The notes: generated from the sequence alone by a model not told the origin. Shown: positions 39,813 to 50,263, numbered from the stretch's first letter. The stretch is DNA of 64,000 nt from Candidatus Magasanikiibacteriota bacterium (GCA_016182085.1 JACOYB010000008.1:10507-74506); one strand, 5' to 3'. Numbers and translations: made by a program.

Positions 39813-40562
39813 ATGCAAATAAACAAAGGCTGGTTAAAAAATAATCTAAACACGCTTCTCCTGGTGCTGCTTACCGTTTCGGTGGCTTCCAACCAGTTTA
39901 TCTTGGCAAAAACACAAAAAGTAGTCGGTATAAAAAATAATACCGCTCTCAGCTCTCTTACCGTGCGATTCCAAAAAATTATTAAGGGCGGCGTGGGTCT
40001 TTCCGGAAATCTGGGCGAAGATGCGGTAAAATTGGCCTTTATACAGGGCATACCGGAGGTATACGGCGCTGAATTAAATGTTAATTTTGACCAGCCGGCA
40101 GAATCAATGGGGGCGCTCAAACAATTTGATCTGGGTTATGGAAGAAATAAGCCCGACCTTTCCGCAGAAGAAAAAAAGCGATATACGGATATAAACTTGA
40201 AAATTTCTTGCGAATTTTGCTGTGGAGCAAAGGCGATAGTTTTTGAAAATGGCGAACCTTCCTGCGGCTGCGCCCATTCGCAGGCCATGAGAGGACTAAC
40301 TGCTTATTTAATAAAAAACCATGGGACCGAATATTCCGATGATCAAATTTTAAGAGAGCTGGCCAGTTGGAAAAGCCGCTGGTATCCAAAACAGATGGTG
40401 CAAAAAATGTCGGACCAATTAAAAAGCGGCAGCTACACCCCAGATATTGCCTCCTTGCTTCTGGATGTAAAATTGCCAAAATACGATGGAGCCGCCCACA
40501 GCGGAGCCGCGCCTTTGCCATCAGACATACAAAACGCGCCTAGTATGGTAGGCGGATGCTAG
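39813..40562 (+). CDS. Exported Cys-rich protein ending MVGGC
   Basis: N-terminal TM; CEFCC...CGCAH; C-terminus APSMVGGC. Confidence 0.85.
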   Translation: MQINKGWLKNNLNTLLLVLLTVSVASNQFILAKTQKVVGIKNNTALSSLTVRFQKIIKGGVGLSGNLGEDAVKLAFIQGIPEVYGAELNVNFDQPAESMGALKQFDLGYGRNKPDLSAEEKKRYTDINLKISCEFCCGAKAIVFENGEPSCGCAHSQAMRGLTAYLIKNHGTEYSDDQILRELASWKSRWYPKQMVQKMSDQLKSGSYTPDIASLLLDVKLPKYDGAAHSGAAPLPSDIQNAPSMVGGC

Positions 40563-40633
40563 ATTGAAAGTTAAAAGTTTAAAGTAGAAAGTTATAAAGT
40601 TAAAAAATAAAATTATTTAATAAATATAATTAT

Positions 40634-40900
40634 ATGGATGAACAAAAAAATTCCAGCGGGCTGGAATCTATAAAAAACGAAATTATCACTAAACTAAACG
40701 ACCAAAATAAAAAATCTTTGTCTTGGAATAATATGGTGGTAACGGCCGTTTTAGCGGTACTGACCATTGTCTCTCTTTCGCAAATGGCCGCTTCTATTAC
40801 TATTTTTAACAAACTAAAAACCGGCGATGTCCAAGCCGCTTCCGGAGCGCCTCAAAATAACTCTCTGCAAAGCTTGCCGGATATGGTGGGCGGATGCTAA
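40634..40900 (+). CDS. Small single-TM protein ending MVGGC
   Basis: One TM helix; C-terminus LPDMVGGC. Confidence 0.85.
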   Translation: MDEQKNSSGLESIKNEIITKLNDQNKKSLSWNNMVVTAVLAVLTIVSLSQMAASITIFNKLKTGDVQAASGAPQNNSLQSLPDMVGGC

Positions 40901-41742
40901 ATCGTATGAATGAACAACAAAACAATTTAAAAGTTAATTACTGGTTTTTAATGGCTGCTTCCGGGTTTATACTTATTGGCGGCATTGTTTCTACCGCGTT
41001 CTTCTTAAAAACCAACTCTCTGGCGAACAAAAATATCACGGCCGCAACCGAAACCAAACGTCCGGCTAATTTGGAATGGATAGCTATTCTAGACGAATCT
41101 TGCAAAGATTGTTTTGATATAAATCCGGTCTTTGATTACCTTAAAAAAGAAAATGTAAATTTTACTTCTCAAAAAAATCTGGATAAAAACAGCGAGGAAG
41201 GCAAAAATTTAATTGAAAAATATTCCATAAAAAAACTACCGACCTTTATTCTAAAGGGCGAGCTGCAAAAAAACTCCGTCCTGGCCCAATTTTTTTCTAA
41301 AACCGGAGATACCGAAGAAAACACTTTTGTTTTTAGGCAAGTAGGCGCTCCATATAGTTTAGCTGCTACTGGAGAAGTAAAGGGCCAAGTAAACTTTACC
41401 ATGATTACTGACACTTCCTGTACCGAGTGCTATGACGTAACCCAACACGAAATAATTTTACAGCAGTTTGGTATTGCGAGTCCGGGCACCGTAATTGATG
41501 CCAAATCCGCGGCTGGCCAAGCGCTCATTAAAAAATATAGAATAACTCTTGTACCAACATTTATTCTATCCGGAGACATGAACGAGTATCCAAGTCTTAA
41601 GCCGGTCTGGGCACAGGTTGGCGTGATAGCCAGTGATGGCACGTATGTATTTACCTCTGGCACGCCATTTATGGGAACATACAAAAACCTAACGACCAAC
41701 AAAGTAATTTCTCCTCCGGTTCAAAATAGTTCACAGCAATAA
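40894..41742 (+). CDS. Membrane-anchored tandem thioredoxin-like protein
   Basis: Two repeats D.SCxxC.D...LI.KY.I...PTFI (CKDC, CTEC). Confidence 0.8.
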   Translation: MLNRMNEQQNNLKVNYWFLMAASGFILIGGIVSTAFFLKTNSLANKNITAATETKRPANLEWIAILDESCKDCFDINPVFDYLKKENVNFTSQKNLDKNSEEGKNLIEKYSIKKLPTFILKGELQKNSVLAQFFSKTGDTEENTFVFRQVGAPYSLAATGEVKGQVNFTMITDTSCTECYDVTQHEIILQQFGIASPGTVIDAKSAAGQALIKKYRITLVPTFILSGDMNEYPSLKPVWAQVGVIASDGTYVFTSGTPFMGTYKNLTTNKVISPPVQNSSQQ

Positions 41743-41743
41743 T

Positions 41744-42208
41744 ATGCTTAAAAACATTGCCCTAATAATACTAGTTGCAGGCGCAGCCACGGCCATGGTC
41801 TGGGCTATCATAAAACAGCCCTCGGCCACAACAGTTTCTCCGGCCACCGAAAATTACACTATATCTAAAACCGGCATCCATTATCATCCAAAGTTGGATA
41901 TTTATATCAAAGGCCAGTTGCAAACTATTCCGACTAATATTGGCATAGGCGCGGTGCACCTGCCAATACATACTCACGCGGCAGATCATATAATTCACTT
42001 GGAATTCTCTCGGTTAGTAACTCTGGACGATACAAGACTGCAGGAATTCTTCAAAATCTGGAATAAAAAATTTGACGCTAATTGTATTTTTGATAATTGC
42101 AATGGACCAAGCGGAACGGTAAAAATGTTTGTCAACGGCCAGCCGAATAGTGAGTTTGAAAAATACCCAATGAAAAATGATGATAGAATTGAAATTCGCT
42201 ACGAATAA
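41744..42208 (+). CDS. Exported His-rich protein
   Basis: Signal/TM; HYH, HTH..DHIIH; C-terminal MFVNG...NDDRIEI. Confidence 0.8.
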   Translation: MLKNIALIILVAGAATAMVWAIIKQPSATTVSPATENYTISKTGIHYHPKLDIYIKGQLQTIPTNIGIGAVHLPIHTHAADHIIHLEFSRLVTLDDTRLQEFFKIWNKKFDANCIFDNCNGPSGTVKMFVNGQPNSEFEKYPMKNDDRIEIRYE

Positions 42209-42213
42209 CTTGC

Positions 42214-42411
42214 ATGATTAAAGAAATAACTATTCCAATTTTAAAAAGAAAAAAATACGCTCTTGTTGCCCTAGCCGCGGCTATTATAATGGCTGGCCTT
42301 TCTTATTACCTCACGATTGTTAATGTGGCCTTTCACAGTTTTTTTGTTCTTATCCAAATGGACGGCTGGGCCTTTACCACCGTTTCCTTAGGGCTTTCTT
42401 TGATTATTTAG
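42214..42411 (+). pseudogene. Probably truncated membrane protein, last gene of the BlaI-regulated operon
   Basis: Ends within a second hydrophobic helix and overlaps a convergent ORF; no terminator. Confidence 0.55.
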
Positions 42412-43671
42412 CATGAATTTGGCGGAGTCGCTGATTTTGAATCCTGCCTTTACTAACTCTGCCTCCAGTTGTTTGGCAGTTTTACCGCCGATCTCTACGG
42501 TTCCACGGCGGATTTTGCCTTCGGGGAACCAAAACTCGGAATAAATATGATTGATTATATCGGGTAGGGTTTTAAAAATACCAGGATACAAGGGGCCGAT
42601 ATATATTTTGGTACCTCTGTTTACTTCATTTTCTTTTTGCGCTATTTCCTCCGGTTTCACTTTAATGCCAATAAAAATTTGTGCGATTTTGGCAACATCT
42701 ATTTTGGACAACCCTTCCAGTGGCATGGCGCCCGCTTTTAAATACGGGGATTCGGTATTCGGGTTAAAATCTCGATAATGCACCTCGCCATTTTCAGTTA
42801 AAAGATGCTGGTCTTTGACTTCAATATCATCGAGTTCGTCGGGTGAAATATTGGAAAAATCTCTCGGTTCGCCAGTGTCAGTGGTAGTTTTTCCAACTTG
42901 CTTTATAACGCCAAACAAATCAAGGCCTGCAATATCTTGATTGGTAATCAAATCATCATTGGCTTTTTTTATTTGTATAACTATCTTGTTTTTTGGATCA
43001 TATTCAATAGTCAAAATCGGACTGTCTCCTTCCAGCTCACCCATTTGACCTAGTTTTTCATTAAATACGGGCACGGTACGCAGAGAAAATATCTCAATTT
43101 CACCTCTCTTCATTCTGTTTATATACGAATCACTCGTGCCAACACAGTGCCCCATATAATCAGATTCTTTTTCTAAATGCGGCATATTAAGAAGTTTGGC
43201 CAGATAAAATTTGCCGGAATTAGTGGTAAAAAAAGCCTCGTACGGATTAAGTTCTTGGTTGCCGGTAATTTCGGCGCGTCGTTTGCGTATCTCGGCAATT
43301 TTATACAGGGTTTTTTGTTCGTGAATTTTAAGCAAACGATGCAATCCGCCTTTTTCAATAGAAATAAAATTTGGCGTTTCAATAATGGCATCAAAAAGAG
43401 TATTTTCATCAACAGTGTTTTCTCTCTGAAAATATCGCGCTAATTTTAATTTTAAAATTGCCTGTTCTTGCTCGCCAAATAAAAACCCTTCCTGTCTGGA
43501 AAGACGCGCTTGCAAAGTATTAAAAGCAGCGGAAATAAGAGGTTCTTTTTGCGAACGTACATCTTCCGAAAAGATGGCGAGAGTATCTTGGTATAATTTT
43601 TCTACACTCGCTTTAGCGGGGCTGGCTGCTTCGGCTTTGGCATAGTCGTGCCGGATTCTTTCTGGGGTCAT
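42388..43671 (-). CDS. Hypothetical protein with PcfJ-like motif, possibly 3'-truncated
   Basis: LEKESDYMGHCVG..Y..IFSLR..TIEY..QIK. Confidence 0.7.
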   Translation of the reverse strand: MTPERIRHDYAKAEAASPAKASVEKLYQDTLAIFSEDVRSQKEPLISAAFNTLQARLSRQEGFLFGEQEQAILKLKLARYFQRENTVDENTLFDAIIETPNFISIEKGGLHRLLKIHEQKTLYKIAEIRKRRAEITGNQELNPYEAFFTTNSGKFYLAKLLNMPHLEKESDYMGHCVGTSDSYINRMKRGEIEIFSLRTVPVFNEKLGQMGELEGDSPILTIEYDPKNKIVIQIKKANDDLITNQDIAGLDLFGVIKQVGKTTTDTGEPRDFSNISPDELDDIEVKDQHLLTENGEVHYRDFNPNTESPYLKAGAMPLEGLSKIDVAKIAQIFIGIKVKPEEIAQKENEVNRGTKIYIGPLYPGIFKTLPDIINHIYSEFWFPEGKIRRGTVEIGGKTAKQLEAELVKAGFKISDSAKFMLNNQRKP

Positions 43672-43703
43672 ATTTAATAGTGGTTTATTTAAATATTAAG
43701 AGA

Positions 43704-43763
43704 GGGATCCTTCAATTCGCTCAGCTCGCTCAGAGCCTGCCCCGAGCTTGTCGAAGGGATGAC
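43704..43763. repeat. REP-like palindromic element
   Basis: GGATCCTTC...GCTCAG...GAAGGGATGAC; ends in the GATGAC shared with other copies. Confidence 0.5.
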
Positions 43764-43782
43764 GCAACATGCGAACATTGCG

Positions 43783-46509
43783 TCACTTCATTTCGCCCCA
43801 GCTGCGATTGATGCTCAACCCAACTTTTACCGGTACGCGCAGAGTAACCACATTTTCCATTATATTTTTTACAAGATTGGCCACTTCTTCGGCCAATTCT
43901 TTTTTTACTTCCAAAACCAATTCATCATGCACCTGCAAAAGTATTTTTGGGCAATTGTCATTCCCGCCAAAGCGGGAATCCAGTCGATTGAATACTGGAT
44001 CCCCGTTTTTACGGGGATGGCAAAAAGCATCCTTGATGCCTTTTGCCACTTCTATCATGGCCATCTTCATCAAGTCGGCAGCCGTGCCCTGAATAGGATG
44101 ATTTACAGCCATACGTTCGGCAGCGGCGCGCATCTGAAAATTAGACGCATTTAATTCCGGCAAATAACGTCTGCGGCCAAACAGAGTTTCGCAATATCCT
44201 TCTTTTTTTGTAAATTCCAATGTCCGATCTATATATTCCCGCACTCCGCTAAACGCTTCAAAATATTTTTTAATAAAATCTCTGGCTTCAAATTGGGAAA
44301 TGCCGGCACGCCAGCTTAGTCCATACGAACCCATGCCATAGAGCACGCCAAAATTTACTTCTTTGGCCGCATAACGCATCTCTTTGGTAACTTCCGATAA
44401 TGGCACATTGTTTATAGCGGCGGCGGTGGCCTTATGAATATCTTCATCTTTATTAAAAATCTCTATCATGCGTTTATCTTGGGCCAGCGAGGCTACAATA
44501 CGCAATTCAATCTGCGAATAATCGGCGCTTACCAGAGTGTTTCCCGGTTCGGCTATAAAGGCTTTGCGTATTTCCCGTCCCAATTCACTGCGGATAGGAA
44601 TGTTTTGTAAATTTGGATCCAAACTAGACAAGCGTCCGGTAGCCGCCACCGTCTGATTAAAATGAGAATGAATTCTACCGGTTTTTTTGTTTACCAAATC
44701 CGGCAAAACATCTATGTAGGTATTTTGCAGTTTGGCTAATTCGCGATAAGCAGAAATCTCTTCTATTATTGGATGCAAGCCATGTAATTTTTCCAGTTCT
44801 TCGGCCGAAGTAGATAGGCCCGTCTTGCCTTTTTTTATACCGGCTGCAGACAAGTCTAATTTATCAAATAAAACTTCCCGCAGCTGAACTGGTGAAGCGA
44901 TATTAAATTCCATGCCGGCCAGTTTATAAATCTTTTTGGTTAATTTTTCCAAACTCTCTTTCGCTTCCACAGATAATTTCTTAAACATCGCTTTGTCTAC
45001 CGCAATACCGTTTAATTCCATCTCGGCCAAAACATATTCTAGCTGCATTTCCATTTTTTGAAACAAACCAAAATTACCGGCTTTTTCCAAATCGGTTTTT
45101 AATTTTTCTTTGGCCTGATTTATCAAAAATAATTCCTCGGCCAGACTCTTTTTATCTATGCCAAACAAACTTGTCTGGGCCGTATTTTGTGGCAAAATCT
45201 TACCCAAAACTTTTAGTAATATGCTGGTAATATCGTGCGCTCTGGTACCGGAGCTAAGCAGATACGAAGCTACCATCACATCAAACAGTGCATTTTCCGG
45301 CACTACATTAAAATTGTATTGCAAAGCTTTTATAAGCTCCTTTAGGTCATGCCCCACCAACTCTATATCTTTATCGGCAAACAACGGTAAAACTTTTTTT
45401 GTTATTTTGGCATCAACAAAAAATACTTGATGGCCCACAACAATCATAAGCCCCAGAAATTCGCTGTCCAAAACTTCTTTACCGCTTAACACCGCCCGAC
45501 AAGCAAACGATTTTTTCTCCTTTACTAATTTAAATAATTTTTCCAATTCACTTTCTTTGTCTATTTCAGAAAAAATCATCTTCTCGGTGTTTTTATGCTT
45601 CTCTGTTTTTTCTTCCTCTGCTTGAAACCCTGGTATTCTTTTTAATAATGAAACAAATTCAAACTTTTGAAACAGATGACTTATTTTTTCTTTATCAAAT
45701 TCACCAATTTCACAATGTTTAAAATCAAATTTCAGATCCGGCACATCGCAATCTATAGTAGAAAGTTCTTTACTCATCTTGGCGCTGTCTTCTCCTTCTA
45801 CCAGCTTGGCAATTACGCCCGGTTTTAATTCCTTAGCAATTTTTTCTCTGTTTTTTAATTGTTTGTAGATATTTTCTACACTGCCAAATTTTAAAATTAA
45901 TTCCAAAGCGGTTTTTTCGCCAATGCCGGGCACGCCGGGAATGTTATCTGAAGCATCACCGCGCAAAGCTTTGTAATCAATCATTTTTTCCGGCCCAAAC
46001 CCAAACCTGGCTTTTACGCCCGCCACATCATAAATCACAATATCGCTTATGCCTTTTCGCAAGGTGTAAACTTTTACATTATCGCGTACCAGCTGCAGAG
46101 TATCCATATCGCCGGTAACGATAAACACTTCTGCATCTTTCTTTTTTTCAAAATGTTTGGCAATGGTGCCGATTACATCATCAGCTTCGTAGCCTTTTTT
46201 TTCATAAATCGGCAAACCAAAAGCTTCTACCACTTCGTGTACCAAGGGAATTTGGTCGTATAGTGCCTGGTCGGCTTTTACGCGAGTGGCTTTATACTCT
46301 TTGTACTGCACATGCCGGAATGTCGGCCCGGCCATATCAAAAGTAACGGCAATACAGTCCGGTTTTAAATCTTTCCAAACTTTGAGCAGCATGGAAGTAA
46401 ATCCATACACAGCATTTACCATAACTCCGTCTTTGGTAGTAAGCGGAGGGATAGCATGGTACGCGCGATGGATAATGGCATTACCGTCAAAAATAACAAG
46501 TTTTTGCAT
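43783..46509 (-). CDS. polA: DNA polymerase I
   Basis: DGNAIIHRAYHA, YEADD, ADYSQIELR, AKEVNFGVLYG, LQVHDEL; start MQKLV at 46509 (the longer ORF overlaps tRNA-Cys). Confidence 0.98.
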   Translation of the reverse strand: MQKLVIFDGNAIIHRAYHAIPPLTTKDGVMVNAVYGFTSMLLKVWKDLKPDCIAVTFDMAGPTFRHVQYKEYKATRVKADQALYDQIPLVHEVVEAFGLPIYEKKGYEADDVIGTIAKHFEKKKDAEVFIVTGDMDTLQLVRDNVKVYTLRKGISDIVIYDVAGVKARFGFGPEKMIDYKALRGDASDNIPGVPGIGEKTALELILKFGSVENIYKQLKNREKIAKELKPGVIAKLVEGEDSAKMSKELSTIDCDVPDLKFDFKHCEIGEFDKEKISHLFQKFEFVSLLKRIPGFQAEEEKTEKHKNTEKMIFSEIDKESELEKLFKLVKEKKSFACRAVLSGKEVLDSEFLGLMIVVGHQVFFVDAKITKKVLPLFADKDIELVGHDLKELIKALQYNFNVVPENALFDVMVASYLLSSGTRAHDITSILLKVLGKILPQNTAQTSLFGIDKKSLAEELFLINQAKEKLKTDLEKAGNFGLFQKMEMQLEYVLAEMELNGIAVDKAMFKKLSVEAKESLEKLTKKIYKLAGMEFNIASPVQLREVLFDKLDLSAAGIKKGKTGLSTSAEELEKLHGLHPIIEEISAYRELAKLQNTYIDVLPDLVNKKTGRIHSHFNQTVAATGRLSSLDPNLQNIPIRSELGREIRKAFIAEPGNTLVSADYSQIELRIVASLAQDKRMIEIFNKDEDIHKATAAAINNVPLSEVTKEMRYAAKEVNFGVLYGMGSYGLSWRAGISQFEARDFIKKYFEAFSGVREYIDRTLEFTKKEGYCETLFGRRRYLPELNASNFQMRAAAERMAVNHPIQGTAADLMKMAMIEVAKGIKDAFCHPRKNGDPVFNRLDSRFGGNDNCPKILLQVHDELVLEVKKELAEEVANLVKNIMENVVTLRVPVKVGLSINRSWGEMK
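43955..44023. repeat. 69-bp REP-like doublet inside the polA CDS
   Basis: TTGTCATTCCCGCCAAAGCGGGAATC...GGATGGCAA; homologous to 54229-54297. Confidence 0.92.
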
Positions 46510-46542
46510 ATAGTTTGAGGTGCCGGCCAAAAATGAGTATTG

Positions 46543-46614
46543 AGGTCGGGATGGGAATCGCACCCACGCATAAGAGTTTTGCAGACTCCTGCCTTACTGC
46601 TTGGCTACCCGACC
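46543..46614 (-). tRNA. tRNA-Cys(GCA)
   Basis: GGTCGGG/CCCGACC, U73, GGAGT-CTGCAAA-ACTCT; T-loop TGCGATT. Confidence 0.92.
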
Positions 46615-46662
46615 ATGGAAGTGATAAAACAATATCACTTCACGCCTATTTTTTCAACCCCT

Positions 46663-47979
46663 TTATTTAACAAACCTAAACGGATTAGTGCGAACGCCGT
46701 TTACCCATACTTCAAAGTGAATATGGATACCGGTACGACCGCGAACATTGCCAGTGTTGCCCATCAAACCAATTGTCTGTCCGGTTTCCACACGATCACC
46801 GGCGCTCACAAGCAAGCGAGAATTGTGGCCATAGAGCGTCTTGATACCACCGCCATGATCAATAATGATTACGCAGCCATAGCCCGAATTCCAACCACAC
46901 TGTGATTTCTCTACCACACCGGCTTTAGCCGCATAGTTAGGCGTAGACAAGCTTCCGCCCGCAATATCAAGACCATGATGCTTCCAAGTAAAGTACTGGG
47001 TAATAAGCCGAACCGCGGTTGGCCATACATAACCGGAAACCGTTGGGATTTGTCTGGATGCCGCTGGCTTGGCAATTTGACTTACGGCCCGAGATGGCGA
47101 TACCGGAACTCTAACCGCAACTTTTACGCCATTTGGAATCAAAATCTTTTCTCCAATTACCAAATCCGAACCATCCGTCTTTAGTTTATTGTATTTTACA
47201 ATGTCTTCAACTGTAGCCGAATATGCCGCGGCGATCTTTTTAAGCGTATCACCCCTCTTTACCGCATGAATTACGCCGTTTATTGGTAAAATTCTTAATT
47301 TATCCCCTGGTTGCAGATAGGATCTGATACTTAAATTATTCTCCCAGAGAATTGTATTGACGCTAATTTGAAATTTGCCGGCAATACTTCCAAGCGAATC
47401 GCCTGATTGAACTATATATTCTATAATTCTATCTCTACCTCCGCTTACCGTTGCTCCAGATAAAATAGTGGGTTTAGATAAAGCCGTACCCCCAGCCACT
47501 ACCGTGCCAAGTTCCACGGTTTCAAACCCGCTATGAGTAAATTGATCGGGGCTTAATGCGCCGGTTTTCCAATCCGGAGTTACCGTATTATCAAAATTCG
47601 TAGCTACCGTGGCAGTGATTTCCTCTACGCTATAGTCTTCCTCATCGGAAGGCGTTAGAGAATAGGCCACGGTCTGTCTGCCGGGGACATCAAGTTCTTT
47701 TTTGGCATACAGCTTGGTCTGGGGCAAAGCCACCACAAACAAAACCACAAATATTATGACTTGCAGGTTGTCTCGTTTTACCAGCTGGCCATCCAGCCCG
47801 GCTGCGCCCAGGATCCTCTTTATAAAGTAGTTTATTTTATAGTGTAATAACCCTATAAAACGTAAGGGCAGAACAAATATTTTGGCTAAAACAAAAAAAA
47901 TTTTGGCTCCAGTCCACCAAAACAGTCTTTTCAGGTATATCAACCCTTTCAGGCTTTTTAACAGAATTTTATAGCGCAT
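46663..47979 (-). CDS. LysM/M23 family peptidoglycan endopeptidase
   Basis: Two LysM repeats; HHGLD, YGHN, HIHFEV. Confidence 0.93.
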   Translation of the reverse strand: MRYKILLKSLKGLIYLKRLFWWTGAKIFFVLAKIFVLPLRFIGLLHYKINYFIKRILGAAGLDGQLVKRDNLQVIIFVVLFVVALPQTKLYAKKELDVPGRQTVAYSLTPSDEEDYSVEEITATVATNFDNTVTPDWKTGALSPDQFTHSGFETVELGTVVAGGTALSKPTILSGATVSGGRDRIIEYIVQSGDSLGSIAGKFQISVNTILWENNLSIRSYLQPGDKLRILPINGVIHAVKRGDTLKKIAAAYSATVEDIVKYNKLKTDGSDLVIGEKILIPNGVKVAVRVPVSPSRAVSQIAKPAASRQIPTVSGYVWPTAVRLITQYFTWKHHGLDIAGGSLSTPNYAAKAGVVEKSQCGWNSGYGCVIIIDHGGGIKTLYGHNSRLLVSAGDRVETGQTIGLMGNTGNVRGRTGIHIHFEVWVNGVRTNPFRFVK

Positions 47980-48124
47980 ACAGCTTGACGTAGAACGTAT
48001 CTTAACATATCATACTGTTTAAAACAACCGACCGGTATGTTCCGGTTAATGCCTAATTACAGCCATTATACCAACCGTTTTTCATCAAAATTTATCGTTT
48101 TAATCATTTTTAACTTAGGAATCT

Positions 48125-50110
48125 ATGACCGTAGTTCTCTACGCAATATTGCCGGCAGTTTTGGCAATAGTTTATGGTGTAATTTTAATTGGCTGGATCA
48201 ACAAACAGCCATCGGGCGATGACCGCATGAAGGCTATTGCTAAAGCTATTCAGGAAGGAGCCAATGCCTACCTTGGCAGACAGTATAAAACTATTGCCTT
48301 GGTTGCGGCGGCAGTATTTGTGTTAATAGCTGTTAAGGTAAATTTGGTCACTGGTCTTGGATTCTTAACCGGAGCCGTACTATCCGGACTCGCCGGCATC
48401 ATTGGCATGAACGTATGCGTACGAGCCAATATCCGCACGGCTGAAGCTGCCAAAAAGGGCATGGCTGAAGCGTTAAACGTTGCCGTACGCGGCGGTGCAA
48501 CTACTGGATTACTGGTTGTCGGTTTAGGATTACTCGGTGTCGCCGGTTTTTATATTATTACTAAAGATTTATCTGCTTTAATCGGCCTGGCTTTTGGCGG
48601 CAGTTTGATTTCAGTTTTTGCCAGAATTGGCGGCGGCATTTTCACCAAAGCTGCGGATGTGGGCGCGGATTTGGTTGGCAAGGTGGAAAAAGGTATTCCT
48701 GAAGACGATCCTCGCAACCCGGCCGTAATTGCCGATAATGTGGGCGATAATGTTGGCGATGATGCTGGTATGGCTGCTGACCTATTTGAAACATACGCCG
48801 TAACCGCAATCGCAGCTATGGTACTGGCCGGATTACTATTTGTGGGCAACGAAAAAGCTATCATCTACCCACTGGTTTTAGGTGGCGTATCTGTTGTTGC
48901 TTCAATTGTCGGAACATTCTTTATCCGCTTAGGTAAAAAACAAAATATCATGCATGCTTTATACAAAGGTTTGGTTGCGGCTGGTGTTCTATCGGCAATT
49001 GCCTTTTATCCGGTTACCAAATGGCTCATGAGCGGATTAAATGGTTATAGTGTAACTAATATTTACCTCTCCGCCTTGGTTGGCTTGGTATTATCCGGCC
49101 TTATGGTTTGGATTACTGAATATTACACTTCTACCGAATATGCTCCGGTAAAACAAATTGCCAAAGCCAGCGAAACCGGCCACGGCACCAATGTTATTGC
49201 CGGTTTGGCAGTTTCCATGAAATCCACCGCTTGGCCAGTGTTATTTATCGTGGCTGCTATCCTTACTACTTATTGGCTGGCCGGATTATACGGTGTGGCT
49301 GTAGCTGCCATGAGCATGTTATCTCTGGCTGGAATTATTGTAACCATTGATGCCTACGGCCCAATTACCGATAATGCGGGCGGTATCGCAGAAATGAGCG
49401 AGCTTCCAGAAAATGTTCGTGAAATTACCGACAAATTAGACGCGGTTGGCAATACCACCAAAGCCGTTACCAAAGGTTATGCAATTGCCAGCGCGGCACT
49501 AGCATCACTTGTGCTATTTGCCGACTTCACCCATAAACTTCCAGATTCCGTACAATTCTTAATCAATGATCCAAAAGTGCTTGCCGGTCTATTTATCGGC
49601 GGATTATTGCCATATTTATTTGGCTCTCTGCTTATGGAATCCGTTGGCAAGGTAGCTGGAAAGGTTGTAGAAGAAGTTCGTAGACAATTTAGAGAAATCC
49701 CAGGAATCATGGAACGCACCAACAAACCGGATTACGGTAAAGCCGTAGATATTGTTACCAAAGGCGCAATTAACCAGATGGTCTTACCGGCTGTTATTCC
49801 TGTACTTGCACCAATATTAGTTGGTTGGTTATTGGGCGTAGAGGCTTTGGGCGGATTATTGCTTGGTACAATCATTACCGGTTTGTTTGTAGCAATTTCC
49901 ATGACTACCGGCGGCGGCGCTTGGGATAATGCTAAAAAATATATTGAAAAAGGAAACTACGGCGGCAAGGGTTCTTTTGCCCACCAGGCCGCGGTAACCG
50001 GCGATACGGTTGGCGATCCATACAAAGATACTGCCGGCCCAGCCATTAACCCGATGATTAAAGTGGCAAATATTGTGGCGCTACTAATAGTGGGATTACT
50101 AATAAAATAA
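48125..50110 (+). CDS. hppA: Membrane-bound ion-translocating pyrophosphatase, K+-independent signature
   Basis: [26 protein letters not shown] (Lys variant). Confidence 0.96.
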   Translation: MTVVLYAILPAVLAIVYGVILIGWINKQPSGDDRMKAIAKAIQEGANAYLGRQYKTIALVAAAVFVLIAVKVNLVTGLGFLTGAVLSGLAGIIGMNVCVRANIRTAEAAKKGMAEALNVAVRGGATTGLLVVGLGLLGVAGFYIITKDLSALIGLAFGGSLISVFARIGGGIFTKAADVGADLVGKVEKGIPEDDPRNPAVIADNVGDNVGDDAGMAADLFETYAVTAIAAMVLAGLLFVGNEKAIIYPLVLGGVSVVASIVGTFFIRLGKKQNIMHALYKGLVAAGVLSAIAFYPVTKWLMSGLNGYSVTNIYLSALVGLVLSGLMVWITEYYTSTEYAPVKQIAKASETGHGTNVIAGLAVSMKSTAWPVLFIVAAILTTYWLAGLYGVAVAAMSMLSLAGIIVTIDAYGPITDNAGGIAEMSELPENVREITDKLDAVGNTTKAVTKGYAIASAALASLVLFADFTHKLPDSVQFLINDPKVLAGLFIGGLLPYLFGSLLMESVGKVAGKVVEEVRRQFREIPGIMERTNKPDYGKAVDIVTKGAINQMVLPAVIPVLAPILVGWLLGVEALGGLLLGTIITGLFVAISMTTGGGAWDNAKKYIEKGNYGGKGSFAHQAAVTGDTVGDPYKDTAGPAINPMIKVANIVALLIVGLLIK

Positions 50111-50128
50111 AATTTTACATTAACTTAC

Positions 50129-50156
50129 TGTCATCCTGAACTTGTTTCAGGATCTA
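50129..50156. repeat. REP-like palindrome
   Basis: TGTCATCCTGAACTTGTTTCAGGATCT; exact inverted copy at 61794-61820. Confidence 0.85.
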
Positions 50157-50263
50157 AAAGAAGGTTACTAAACACGACCTTCTTTTTGTTAATTAAAAAA
50201 GTCCCGGGCAGAAACTTGTTCTGCGACAGGACTTGGACCGTGGTAACCGAGGTACGCGCCGAG

